Made by a program: the position numbers and the translations under genes
NCBI GenBank assembly: GCA_973895155.1
Contig: OZ316896.1
Span: 15,224,684 to 15,288,683 of the forward strand
Source of the DNA: Marsupella aquatica
Taxonomy: Eukaryota; Plantae; Marchantiophyta
Direction: 5' to 3'
DNA length: 64,000 nt
Notes under the pieces: generated by a model
What the model was told of the DNA's origin: nothing
Seen by the model: the letters and a program-made list of their open reading frames with translations, nothing else
The model's database searches: none
In this document: one piece after another, positions 26,200 to 39,394 of the stretch
How the letters are laid out: each line of letters opens with the position of its first letter
Numbering within the stretch: position 1 is the first letter of the stretch

Positions 26200-29140
26200 A
26201 AAAGTTATTCAAAATGAAAACAACAAACTTATTACAATGCTTTTTAGATCAAGTTGGTACTATCTGGTAGACCTGATGTACTATATAGCCAAAGTAATTG
26301 CTATGGGGTGAGAATGAAACATCTGGTTCAGCCTCAAGATCATTTCATCTTGTGTCATATATACTAGCTATCTTCACCTTGTACAACATTTTTATCCATC
26401 TCAACAACTGTAGGACTCTTTTCTGGAGATTGTATTTCTTGTAGGATTCATCCTTCCAAGCACTAACCTCCTCAATGGTAGGAACATCTCCCTTCTTCGA
26501 AATCTAATTGGAAACAACTTTCAGAAAGAATACAAAGTCTGAACCCAATAAACCAATTATCGCTTCAATGAGAAGTAATTCACAAAACTGTGCACATAAT
26601 CTGTATACTAATTTTACTGTGCACATAATCTATATACTAATTTCAATTATTGTCATGGATTGTAACGCAATAAACATATGCTGGAGTCATTTGGAATTAT
26701 GAAAAACTTACATGAATTGCCATTGCTCAGATTGCAACTCCTCCCCTACCCATAGGATTTCCACATCCTCTTTTTTCCACCTTTGCATGAGACATAGTTG
26801 TAAACCCATCCCTTGTTTTTGCAAACTCTTCATCACAAAGCTATTTTGCAAAATGCTCAAACTCAAGAAGAAATACTCCAGGAGGGGGTGGTGGATTCTG
26901 GGAGTTTGGGGTAGATTCTCCAAATAAAGTTGGACAACTTCTCTGGTTTGAGTTCTTAGATAGCCAACCAATGAATTTGCATTTCTCCTTGTCCATTTGA
27001 ATGAAAGAAGCTTCCCATTCTTATATTTCTCATGAAGCTTTGTATACATCTGCTGATACACATCATCTATAATATCAGGTATGGGAGTGAAACACATTAC
27101 CTCCAACTTGGTAATAAGAGATAATTCTCTTACTATTGTTCCATGACAGTCACCAATTAGGACCCCTTCACGTAATTCAAGTTTGGGCTTCATCAAAACA
27201 CTCTCAGATGCACCGCCAATTTATTTTGCTGCCTTGATTTTCTCTCGTTGTGCTCTCTTCCTCAATCTTTCATATGAACTTTTTCTCATCAATTCTGGAA
27301 AGGCAAGTCACAATGCCTCACTCTTGCTGATTGTGGGGGGTTGTATGAGTTCCGCATCTTGCTTTTGAGGTGTCTCTACAACAGAGCTTGCTTGACCTCC
27401 TTCAAGTCCAATATGGGGTGCAGTGACAGTGGCTCTTCTTCTTTGTTCAGTTTGCCTGATTTGAGCCCAGGTATAGGAAGCTCTGAACTAGGTCTTTCAG
27501 GTTCCATGATCCCTTCTCTCTCAACATCATGAGGTTCTAAACTCAAAGATCTCCTGTGCTCCAATACTCTGACCTCAACCTCAGCCGTATTGGTCCTTGA
27601 GCTCTCTTGCCCCTTATTTTTTCTTCTTGGCTGAATGATCAAAATTGTTGTTTAATTGACTCGGCTGATCCCTCCTGGCCAGTCTTCTTCCAACATCCCT
27701 TGTGGAAATGGATGCACCAACCAGCTCTGCTTCATGCCTGAACCTAGTTCTCAAAGATATATGCAGATTCTAGTTCCTCGTCTTGACTGACAAGGCACTC
27801 CTCTATGTCATCCAAGATCTCCATATTATTTGTTGCATATACTTTCAATTTCTTGAGTTGAAAAAGATGGACATGAGAAATCAGAATCAAGGACTCCAAA
27901 ACCATGTGCAGGTTTTCTTGAGAGCCTTGAGTATATCAAGTCATCTTTTCTCTTCAACCGAGAAATGAACTGGTCCACATCTTCACCATCCCTTGCTTGG
28001 CCTTCCTTACTTGACCCATTCTGAACTGTTGCAAAAGTGTTTTTTGCTCCCTTCTTCAGTCTTCTTCTTTCCACCCCAACTATGGGAAGCTCCAAACCAG
28101 GCCTTTTAGCTGCAATCCTCTCACTCTCAACATCAGAGGGTCCTCTGAGCTCTAATTCCTTGGAATGACTTCAACCTCAGTTGACATGTTGGTCCTTGAG
28201 CTTGGTTGCCCTCTGGTTTTTCTTGCTGGTTGAACTCTTGATGCAGCCGACAGCTTCCTCCTGGCCCATCTCGTGGCCCATATCCTTCTAGTTACATCAG
28301 CCTGTAAAATTGGTGTAGTTGAGGGTGTACTGGCTTGAGTTCTCAAAGATGAAGGTTTCTCTTGTTGACTGATTGGGCACTCCGCTATATCATCCAAAAT
28401 CTCCATAGTATTTGTTGCATTTTCATGGGCATTTTTAATTTCCTGAGTTGGGAAAGATGGACATGAGAAATCAGAATCCAAGACTCCAAAACCTTGTGCA
28501 GATTTTTTTGAGGCCCTTGAGTAAACCAAGTCCACTTTTCTCTTCTAGCCAGGGTTGGGCACTTATTGCACGTCTAGTTCACTAGATTGAATGGTATCAA
28601 TCATTAGTGGGAGGGATTGGAGGTGGAACACTACCCAATAAGATTGACATCAGTCTTTTCACAGGTGAAAGAGGAGAAATCTGATCAGGTCCGGCCAGGA
28701 TCAAGTTGTGTTGCACTTCACTAGTAAAAACCGGGGCGATTTAGACCAAACCTTATAGGACTAAGGCCACTCTGTCAGTAGAAGTTGAGTTGTACCAATT
28801 TGAGGCTCACACGAATCCGGCACAATTCTCAAACACTCAAAAATTGACACTTTACTAATATCAATCCTTGGTGTGTCATCAAGCAAGGACAAGTCAGCAT
28901 GTGTTGACTCCACTTCCAATGGACAGGTCCCAAGGCTATGTTGATGAACACTATCATAAAATTCATCTTCATAAGGATCTTGTGATTCTTGGTGTGGGCC
29001 ATCTTCATGAGGATCTTGCAGTTCATGGCCTGTCCTTACATTGATAGCTTCTGAACTCTTGGCTAAAAATTCTCTTTCTCCCCTACGCAAATTGTCCAAG
29101 GGCTTAGCCTTCACATAGCCCCTGCCAGCCAAACAACTAA
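26200..29140 (-). pseudogene. Decayed TE accessory ORF (possibly En/Spm TnpA/Ptta-like) with an internal ~590 bp duplication
   Basis: Run of same-strand ORF fragments (26708-27196, 27376-27642, 27826-28095, 28152-28535, 28761-29132). GFGVLDSDFSCPSF occurs twice (~27870 and ~28460). The family assignment is a guess. Confidence 0.4.
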
Positions 29141-30114
29141 TATCATAAAGATCTTAATAAAGAAACAACACAATCACAAATGCCAAGTTTTGTTCAGACT
29201 TCAAGCATAGAAATATATAGATATAGATTATCTATAGAGATATAGACATTTTGTTAAATTAAACATTTGTTGCAGTGAAGATTGAGACATGTCGTAGGTG
29301 ATCTTGAGCCGTAGTGTATATAGCTTTGAGAACCAAATACAGTCAAACCTGCAGCCAAGTCTAATGCAAGTCTAGTAAAAGATAATAAAAATAAATATTT
29401 ATTTGCAACCTCTTTTTTTCTTTCGTTTAAAGGAGAAATCTGTGAAACCCCACAGAAAGGGAAGAGTCAGCCACAACAGTTGAACCCAAGACCTATCAAT
29501 TTCTATTCAAGTGAGCTACCACAAAATCATGCCTCTTTGGGCCTTTATTTGCAGCCTTTACGTGGCTATTGTCGTAAGTGGTCCCTTTGTATTTCACAAA
29601 GTTGTAAAGCAATTCATTTGACCAATAACAACACCTACCATTCTAGATTCCAACTAGAAAGATTGAAACATGATTGTCAGGGTAGAAAAGTTGGACTATC
29701 TTTTCTCAGCAGCTATTGACTAGGTTGCTTAAAAAGCACTCCCTAAGCACCTATATATATAAGCTAGGTGTACCTAGTGCTCAACTATAGCTGATTTGGA
29801 TAATCTTGAGAATTGACTTGGCTAGGCAATGCCCACCTTGGGCCAGTAGATAAGAATCTTGTAACTAGCTAGTGGAATCAATTTTGAGCTGTTTGTTTGA
29901 AACATCTAATTGGTATATGAATGATTGACAATCCAAATTAAGTCATTCCTTAGCTTCTGGCTTAGGCTTCTCCTTAAACCCGACCTCCCAGATGATGGAT
30001 TGGGCTACTCTCATGGAGGGAAATTGGCTTGATAACAGAATTACAGTAGGTGTTTATATATTATTCAAAGCTCGAAGTTTGATCTATGGAAAGATTGAAA
30101 ATTGCAGTGCATAC

Positions 30115-31089
30115 CTTGATAGTCTCATGCACTTTCGGATTCTCCCAAAGATGTTTCAAGGTCATTGCGGAAGTAGTGGCTGAGGTATCAAAACCTGAGA
30201 ATATTAGTAAAATCATATTGTCAATCATTGCTTTTTGGCTCATTAATTCTCCAGTAGTTGGTTCTTTGTGCTCAATTAGCCGGTGGAGAAGGCAACCCTG
30301 TGCTTTCCCTTCTTTTGATGATTTCTCCCATTTATTTATCAGGTAATACATTGTCTGTGAGATTTTCTCCCTGGCCTGTTATTCCAAAACAATCACATAT
30401 ATATGAAAAACTCAGTTAGCCTACCCACTTCCCAAATTCAGCTACTTTGCAAATTAACAGCTCATCCCGGTGAAACATAAAATATATTTCTGCAATTACA
30501 TTCAGATGTAGACTGTCTGACACCGCGTAGAAACATAGTGTCACGATTTCCTTTAAAAATCAATACCAACACAATATGTCTATTTACATCATTCCAAATA
30601 TATATATTACATATGGCACCAAACCGGGAGACATGATACCAAAGCAAAAGAACCCAATAAAAGGTGAAGGGAAAGACCCCGAGAAGATCAATGAGGCCCA
30701 ACAAGTCAAGGACTATCCCACATAAACCAAAAAAAACTAAGGAGCACGCAACAAACTAAAAACCCTAGTAAACTGAAAAGTCTGGTAGAGTTATGGAGTA
30801 ATCGCATAGGAGAATCATGGAGGGGAATCTGTCTAGAGGCCCTAAAACCGACTGACTCGGCTCTACAAAGAATAATGAAAGCCTGGGTCCTATGGACTTC
30901 ACAAACCAATTTGCTTCAAACTACCTTCAATCCCTTGTTGCAACCACTGCCCGGAAAGTTGATCAGAATTTGGTAAAATCCCCAATAATTAATATGGCCC
31001 TCCAAAGATTTCCATCAGCTCAGTTATGTAATGACCATCATCTCCACATTCAAATCCTAGAAGCATGCGTGCAGTAATTGCCGGCCATC
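30115..31089 (-). pseudogene. CYP85-clan pseudogene exons 3-4
   Basis: Exon 4 (30115-30375) is open: AREKISQ...IDNMILLIFSGFDTSATT...LWENPKV. Exon 3 (~30926-31089) is frameshifted near its start. Exons 1-2 were not found. Confidence 0.85.
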
Positions 31090-31487
31090 TGCAGGCAAGT
31101 ATAGCAGGTGTTTTGAATATTTAAGACACTAACAGCAATTTCTTATGTAAATGCACCAAAAATTGTAATTTGGATAAGTGCAGGTAGGATTAGATGACAA
31201 ATGGGTCAATGCATTTTTGTCTGTAAGTGTACACGGGAGTGTACACATGCATAATTATCAACTACTAGAATGCCTACATAAGAATCATTCATTCATTGAT
31301 AAGTGCAGCTAACAACTGCATTACAAAGTAGTTTTATAAACTTATCCAGTTCAATTGTGCAAGATGAGGAGTCCAATGTGTGTTACAACACTTGGGGAAA
31401 TTAATGCATAAGGGATTTCCATGCACTTATTAGACCTTGCACATACTGATGGTCAAGTACATAAATCATATCGTGCACTTATAGCAT

Positions 31488-31830
31488 GGTGAATTACAAG
31501 CCATTGAGGGGGCCAAAAGGATCTCCATTTCTCCATCACAAGGACTGAGATCCTTGTCAATTTATAAGGATTCTATAAGTGTTACATTGAATGACGAAGT
31601 ATGAATTGTTGGGTTGAGATTGAAATGTTAGACCTTGCATATCTAGTCTTTAGACATGTGTCCAAACTTTTGGGAAGTCTCAATCTTTTTGGAAGTGTGC
31701 AAACCTTTTTTAATGTGTGTCCAACTTTTTTGAAAGTGTATTAAACCAAATCTTAATGATATTTGCAGTCCTCTCTCTTTCTTGAGCTGGTCCTTTTTGT
31801 GTCCTTTTGACCCCCTCAATCTTGCAATCC
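31488..31830. mobile_element. Second, more decayed copy of the 9835-10160 MITE
   Basis: Termini ttgagggggccaaaagg and cttttgaccccctcaatcttgcaat, and the internal ggaagtctcaatcttttggaagtgtg-like segment, are shared with the first copy. Confidence 0.75.
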
Positions 31831-32479
31831 ATTTTGCATTCTGTGATAAGTGCTGGTGGGTGATGTCATTCTGGGAGCCTGCATTTAGACACGGTTCACT
31901 AGCTTCACGATAGATGACAAATTTTCATGTGATTAACTGTCTACCAAAACCATTCATTGGAAAAATTCTTGTACAGGTTTTCTTGAGATTTTCTGTTGGG
32001 CTTTTATATTCATGCAACCCTGAGTACAATAACAGCCACCAATTCTGTAAAGAAGGCACTCACTGAGAAAAAAAAAAACTAGCAGAGAAGACACTCTGAC
32101 ACAAAGGAATGCACAGTCATGCAAAGATGGCCTGGTAAAACAAATATCTGAAGTAGTGAGCAGCATATGCATCCAAAGTAAACAAGTGAAACAAATCATA
32201 ACATGCCCCCTGTCAATCGGCAACATCGCAACATTGCTCCCGCCAATAAAATATACAAGGACCCCATCCCCAAGGTCACAAAACTCCTGCCCTTGGTGAT
32301 CAGTCCATTGCCTATCAAAATTGACTCTAAAAAGAGACCCAAACAAGCTAGCCTGCACTTATTTGAGGGATATTATTCGAGCTGAAGGTAACATTTGAAG
32401 TCCATCCAGGTTAAGGTGGTCCATCCAAGCTCTTTGTCAGATGTTGTGATCTATCCGAGCTTCCACTTCTTGCGTATTA

Positions 32480-32530
32480 TCTCCCGCCAAAATTGCTTCC
32501 CCCGGGGCCTTGTACAATTTTGGCGGGAAA
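32480..32530. promoter_or_regulatory. Inverted pair of E2F-binding sites upstream of ORC4
   Basis: tcccgccaaaattg (32482-32495) and caattttggcggga (32515-32528) are perfect inverted repeats containing TTTGGCGG / TTTCCCGCC, ~630 bp upstream of the ORC4 ATG. Confidence 0.6.
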
Positions 32531-33157
32531 AGGTACTCGGTCTGCACTACCAGTGCTCTCATCTAAAATCTCTGCTGCAGACTCTGCAATTTCCCGACGA
32601 TTCGAGAAGCCAGGAAAACAATTGTCTGAACGAGAAGCAGTGGGTGATCTGCGTGATCGACTGTACCAATCTGCGATTACAGGCGAGTGCAATTGCAGTT
32701 GTGAAGCTGGGCTTCTGTGGATTGTTGCTGTATCGTCTGCCGCACTCGTTGCAGAGGGCTGTTCAAATGTACCCGAGCTTCAGCACCTCGTTGCATTCTT
32801 GGGTGTGGGTGGCCTCCGCCAATTTGTATGACAGGGTTTTGCCTATGGATTCACTTGCTTGTAAGTTCTGAGAATATCCTCCGCTAGAAGTAGACGAAAT
32901 CGAGGCATGAAGCGATTCATCGAGGACAAGATAGGTCCCACATGATCCTACATTTGGAGGACTCGAGGAATTGAAGAGCAAGGACTGAGAAAGGTTTTAT
33001 TCTCCGAGGCAAAGGCAACGCAATCCAATGCACGTGCTTGTCAATTTGGCCTCACCGAATATGTTTTTCTTGCAGTCTTGAGGCTACCGCAATTTACTGT
33101 TTCTAGCTTGTTTCTAGTCGGTCGATCCGTCGATTGTGAGATGTGTGCATAGGCACA

Positions 33158-36100
33158 ATGAAGAACGGAGGAGGTGGTACGGGTGATGGTGGTGGTCTCG
33201 TGAGCAGAGAGGCGGTAAATGAATGCGTAGCATTCCTCCGGCGTCGGCTCTGTGGAGGCATCACTGCACCTCTTCAGAGCCTGCCTCTGCTTCCGGATGC
33301 CGAAAACAATCGGAGGTATTGCGTTGATTTGTACAACACCTTGTACTCTTATAATGATCGCACAAGTAGCCCAAAGTATCTCTAAGTCTCTCTTTTGGAA
33401 GCCAAGATGGCTCTTTACATTCGTGAAAGATGATGTTCCGGTTGCCGAAAACAACTGGAGGTTTTTAATTGGATATGCTCAACACCTCAGTCTCTCAGGA
33501 GCATTGCACGATTGGCCCAAAGTTTCTCTACTATTTCTCTTAGAGCCAAGATTGCTCATAACAATCGTGAACATGATGAACCTTTGTTGAGGAAAGATGG
33601 ATGATTGCGCGGCAGGAAGCTGCAGGACCTTCTATCACACACGATCCTGGATGCGTACAATAATTCCGCCCTCCTGCTCGGGCCTCGAGGATGTGGCAAG
33701 AGTCTGGTGGGTGGGCAGCACAATGCCATGCCAGCTCTTCAAACTTCCAGAGTTCCTGCTTGACTTTGTCTCTTTCAGTCCTTAAGGTAGATTCGTTTTA
33801 CGGCCATGTGAAGTAGTGCATGCAGAAATTTGACGCAGACCTAAAATGGTGCAGCGGGATCAAGAGGTGCCCAGTCTGCAACATGGTTTGTTGAATGTAT
33901 TTCTCTCCGAGTCTTATGATTTTCTCTTGTCCAGGTTCTGGAGCGTGTCCTAGCAGACCTGCAAGTGCAACATCCAGACAGATTCATCATTGTAAGTGTT
34001 TGTGACGTGATTCCAAAACGTGGACGTGATTCAGTGTACAGTGGAAGCTACTGAAGCTTAGCAGTTTTAGGGATTCATCTAATGCTTTATCCGTCTCTTT
34101 CATACCGGTTGAGACAGCCCTGGAGCCGATATCTCATGGGGGAAAGAGCGTCCTCAAAAAGAACGGAGTGTCATCTTCTGTTGTCTCTTAACGATGTCCA
34201 GATTTAGTGGAGTGCCAGTGTGTTATAAAGTGCTGACTGCCAAATCTCTTCTGGGTATGCGTGCAGGTCAGGCTCAGTGGCCTTCTCCACACTGATGATA
34301 ATTCTGCTCTTAAGGTGCGATCGAGATGGCTGAAAAGCGACTCTCAGGATTGTGGTTGACTCTAATCAGTACGATTAAATGCAATGTATGGTAAAGAAGC
34401 TGAGCCCATTTCACTTCTAACGGCATCTGTTTTCTTTTATTGATCAGGAAATAGCAAGGCAGCTCTGTGTACAGCATGAACTTCTATACTCGAAAGCGGT
34501 ATGTGAGATTTGCCAAGCATTTAATCTTACAAGTTTTCAAGACCTGACTGAGCGCGTATTTTCCTTTCGACAAATGCAATGGAATTTTACAAGGACATGA
34601 TTCTGGGACACTAGAATGTGATCAAGGGTCTCACTTTAAACGTGGTCAGATGTTGTGACACGTGCTCTTGTTTTGTCTTGTGCGTTGGTGCAACAGGCAT
34701 CCTTCAGTGATAATCTCCAGTTTTTGACTGCAATGCTACGGTAAGTGACTCTCGAGGATTGTCACGCTATTGACAGAAATCTTTTGAGAGTTCGTACAAG
34801 ATATTATGGCTGTGAACGCTGTGATAGACAGCTGTTGGGTTAAGAGCTTAGTTTCATTTTTACTGTTGTCTGCAAGCTGGATCCAAGGTCAGACCGGAGT
34901 ACAACCACATGTTCAATGTAGCTAAACAATCACTTGTATTTCAGATCAGAAATTGTTTCGGTCAGCAAATTAGATAGGCAGATCTAGAAAAGTCGATATA
35001 GTTAGTATATGTCTTTTCTGATATTCAGTTTTTGAAGTTGGCAGTTACGTAATCTTGCAAATAGTTGGTCCCAGCGCCATAACACATAATACATTAATTT
35101 AATCATACTGATGGGGGAAGTCCTTCCACCTCCACAAAAATGATATTACCATGACTTCTTAACTAATTTGTGACTTCTGTATATCGTAGGGAATGTGCAC
35201 TGTCTCACACAGCAGTGGTGTTCGCTCTTGATGAATTTGATCTTTTTGCCCAGGTATTTGGATTTTGCATGAAACTCGTTCATGAAGTTTGTTATTACCT
35301 GGTTTTCTTCCTCCAGTCTTTCGCAAGTCTTCAATCTGGTGGTCTGGTATATCATCATTTGAATGCTCTTCCCGTCATTAGTGATTCTCAACGCTCCGGG
35401 CATGGATATCAATGTAATCGAGATCAATGAGTTTCCTATCTAGCGCATCCGCCCAGCCTCTGAGAGAACTCTACATACTGCTGCCCTGCCTTGGATGGAA
35501 ATTGTGGAATTTGAGTCTGACCCGGATGTTTTCTGTGATGCAGAGATCGAAGCAGTGCCTTCTCTATAATCTTCTTGATGCAATGCAGTCCACATCCTCC
35601 CAAATTGCAGTCGTTGGCATCAGTGCACGTCTGGTAACCATCGCCTACTTTACGTGATTCTTCCAAAAGATTGCGGGGATTGTGGCCTTACCTTCAGACG
35701 TGCAGCAGTTGTTAGTTCAATTACTTTGTAGTCCATGTGCTAAATAGATGTGATCGGCATATTGGTGGACAACTTAACATAGGGTAACCAACAGAGCCAC
35801 TTGAGGATGAAATTTCAATGCAGGATGCCGATCAGCTTCTCGAGAAAAGAGTTAGGTCTCGATTCTCACACCGGAAGTTGCTCTTCTTCCCTCCTCTTAT
35901 TGATGATGCTTTGCGGTATCAATCCTTCCCCCCCTACCAACCATCTCTTTCACTAGCTTCCTTCACACTCTTCTGACCAGCTAGCTTACATAGATGGATT
36001 CGTCGTCCATTTAAGTGAGATTTTTGCCTGGAAGTGAACAGGATTCGTTGTGTCATCTTATCTGAACGTTTATTATTGTCTTTGAATAGACTGATGCAAG

Positions 36101-37916
36101 ACATGTTGACTGTACCGGTCGAATCCAACCTTGGGTTTTCAGAGTATGCTGGATTTTTCAACTCCAACACAAGGGTATCCTTATTGATGGCTTTGTTTGT
36201 CCTCCTGAATATAAATTGTGAATAAGGAAGATGTCAAGGATGTTACTCACTCGACAATGTAATTTTATCCTTCCTTGTGTTTACCGTGACTGTCTTTTTC
36301 TTTGACGGGTAAGAGTAGCAACTTCTGGAGCAAGAGAGCATGAAGCAGCTTATCAGAAAGTTCTCTGAGGCTGAGCTCAGCCCACAAAGCATGTTGGACT
36401 TAGGGTAAGCTGTTCAAGTCTCGTTGTGAGCAGCTTTCCCGTGGGATTTTCAAGTAGGTTTCTGTTCTATGCTATGTACATAAACGATCATCTACCATCG
36501 CCTTTACATTTGTTAATGAAAGCCGGATAAAGATCTCATATGAGGCTATCTTAGGACAATCTGTGAAAGCCGTTCCAAACCCCACACACATACGGATCCT
36601 CATAGAAATGTTTCCAGGAATCAAATAAAATAATTGAGGTGACCTCTATGGCGGACTCGCCTGCTCTGAATTTTAATGGCTGATTTCTGCAGATTTAGAG
36701 CCATTTGTAACATGGACCGTGACACTGGTGTACTTACGGAAGCGAATTTCAAGACAGCAAGCCGATCGTTGAGACGGAAACCAAAGCTGGAAGCATTAAG
36801 GGGTATGTCTATTTTACCATATTCTTCGAAACCATGTACAAGTTGGTTTAGGCCTCGTGAAGTTAGGTTCTGACAAGAACCAAGGAAATATAGAAGTCGA
36901 TATTCTGCACCTCTGCCTTAATCTAACTAGAGCTAGCTGCGTTGTCTGGGGCTCAGATGCGTCTACTCTGGAGTTGTATCTACTGGTAGCGATGAACAGG
37001 CTGGAAGGCAAGGGTCGCGATTTATACAACTTCAACACAATATTTCACGGTCAGTGAAGTTTATTTGGCTGCATCAGGACCTGGTGTACTCTTTTCAAGG
37101 TCGCAATTTCAGATGAGGGCCGCTTTTGTGTTCCCACCACCCATTTAAGAAATCACTTGTTGCCAAATTTATTTTTTTTAATTGTTGCGGAAATCCCAAG
37201 AGAAGAGCGGGGCTTTAAGAGCATATATAAATTCGGTATACACTAAGCTGTGTTCATATCTGCGATTTGCCAATATGACCAGATTGACTTTCTGATGCAG
37301 AATATGATCAGCTAGCTGCATTGCATAGCACCTGTGACAAGTACTCCCGTCAAGTTGCTTGCCGAGTGAGTTCATATGCCCCTGTTCTCCCACTCGTCGG
37401 TCTGTGATTGGTATAATATGTCCGATGTGGTCTCTACGGGAGCAGTTGCTATCTAATTTCGGTGCAAGTCCTCCAGGTTTTAACTCCTTCATCAGGCAGG
37501 CCTTTGAACATCTGGTGGATATGGAGCTGGTCTCCTTTACAGAACGCTGCAGCACTCTAGAATTTTCTTCCGTAAGATTACTCATTTCAAGCCAAGAGCT
37601 GAGTGAGGGTCTTGCTCGCAACCCTGTGTGCCCGGTAAATATTTCTGGCACTTCAATTTGTGGTCGCAATCGGATAGATCTCTAATCCCAGCGGCTATTT
37701 TATATCTCGGTAGCATGTCTTAGTTATGTTCAATGGACTGCATTTCTGTACACTTCAGCAGTAGTGGAGGTATCTCTTAAGTCAGAAATAGGATGATTTC
37801 CGCAATTGCAAGCACCTGTGTATGCATCCACGAATACTAGAAAGGATGGTGATGATGTCGTTGGAATTGTGCAGGCTGTTTTGCATCAGTGGTTTGCCCA
37901 TGAATCTTTCAAGTGA
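33158..37916 (+). CDS. ORC4: Origin recognition complex subunit 4 (~17 exons)
   Basis: Spliced exons give FLRRRLC, NNSALLLGPRGCGKSL (Walker A), VRLSGLLHTDDNSALKEIARQLC, VFALDEFDLFAQ (Walker B), KQCLLYNLLDAMQS, DADQLLEKRVRSRFSHRKL, LELYLLVAM, AFEHLVDMELVSF, and end VLHQWFAHESFK*. Confidence 0.95.
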
Positions 37917-39394
37917 ATCAATTTTTCATTACCTTTATACATTCGAATAAAACCGGGCAGCCAGAGGTTACTGGAAACTCATCCCACGTTCACGCATCGT
38001 TTGAAACTAAAGTTGTCGGTTAGGTTCGGGTCATGGTTGAATTTTCGCTGAGGTTGTCTATTGCGGGAGGTCTGCTTCTTGGATTTGTCAGCAGATGGTT
38101 ACTTTGGGTAGCAGGATCATTTCAACTGCTTCAGCATTTTCCTTGGGTTCGTTATGCAGAGTTTTGGTAGTTTTGACCAAAATGTGAGTTTCTCTCTGTG
38201 AAGTACCCGGATAAGGATCTTTGAATTCTCTCGTACAACTTATTTGAACGTTGTTCTCCCCCACTAATGTTGTCCTTCCAATGGTTGGCTTGAAGCAGAT
38301 GGGACCATCCTCTGTACTTTGGAAATCAAAGCAAAGAAGGCCAATAAATTGCAAAGGTGTATATTCTCCTAGCTGGTCACATTCACGTTGTTATGCGGTT
38401 GACTAACACGGATGTTGGAAGGACAACGACATTTCCGTGAGGGTATCTGTTATCATTTGGTCTTGTACATAATTCTCGTCATTGAAATTCTTCACTTCTC
38501 GACGAAGTGGTGGTTGGACCTCTGTCCGATGTCCTTTCCAATTTTATGCTCTGTGAAGACTGCCCAAATGCACACTCAAGTGCAGACAGCAGGTAGAAAG
38601 TGATTGATCTGGCAGTCTATGAGCTTAATTGATGATATCCATCTTTTATGCAAGAACTTGCACTGGATAATAAAAAATCGAATGGAAGATTCATCGGTGT
38701 CTTACAAAATAAGAAGTTGGTCTTACAACTGTCTTTGGCCGGCAGTCTATGCAACCTGTGACCTTGTGTATTCCCTTAGTATTCCCATAGTAGTCCACTC
38801 TCTGCTCAACTCCTACATGTCTTCTGAAAACATTCGCTTGGACTTGAAGGCTACGCAGAGCATTAGACGAAGGCTTGCCAAAATGTCAAAAAAATTTCTT
38901 GCTTCACGGAGAAGTCCTGTCTCTTCAACTGCGACATAAGTTCGTAAGTCATGTTCAGGACAATCTACCCTCACTCTTGAGGGCTGTAGTCCTCGTCGGA
39001 GCACAAATTTTGGACTGTGGGATAATGATGTCCAACTTTTCCTTCGCTAATTTATTGGGTCCTGCATGTCGATGGGGTTGCTGAGGGTGACTGTATGTCA
39101 GCCCTGAAAGCTTTGCCCTTGCTGGTCGTGGGTAATCAAATTCTGCAGTCTGACAAAGAAACTAGGGGAAGCTTCAGTAAGCCTACTACTTGGCAGTTCC
39201 ACTCTTGATCCTAATCTGGTTCCGTTCCAACAGTAGACTGTTGCTGGGTGTCCGGACCAAGCTGTACTTGTTACTACTCTTGGGAAGCGGTATGAACCTA
39301 ACGAATGTGTGATCCTCGCAGGTTGTGCTGAGTCCTTGTCGATTTAGTTTTGCTCTTACAGGCAACCCCAAAAAGCTGTCTAGTCTTCTGGCTG

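Noticed and set aside
3594-31089. Biosynthetic gene cluster
   Set aside because: Only P450 paralogues are present, with no scaffold-forming or other tailoring enzymes in the window.
32395-32981. Divergent gene upstream of ORC4
   Set aside because: Only short overlapping ORFs with non-ATG starts and stops in every minus frame; no recognisable domain or consistent splice model.
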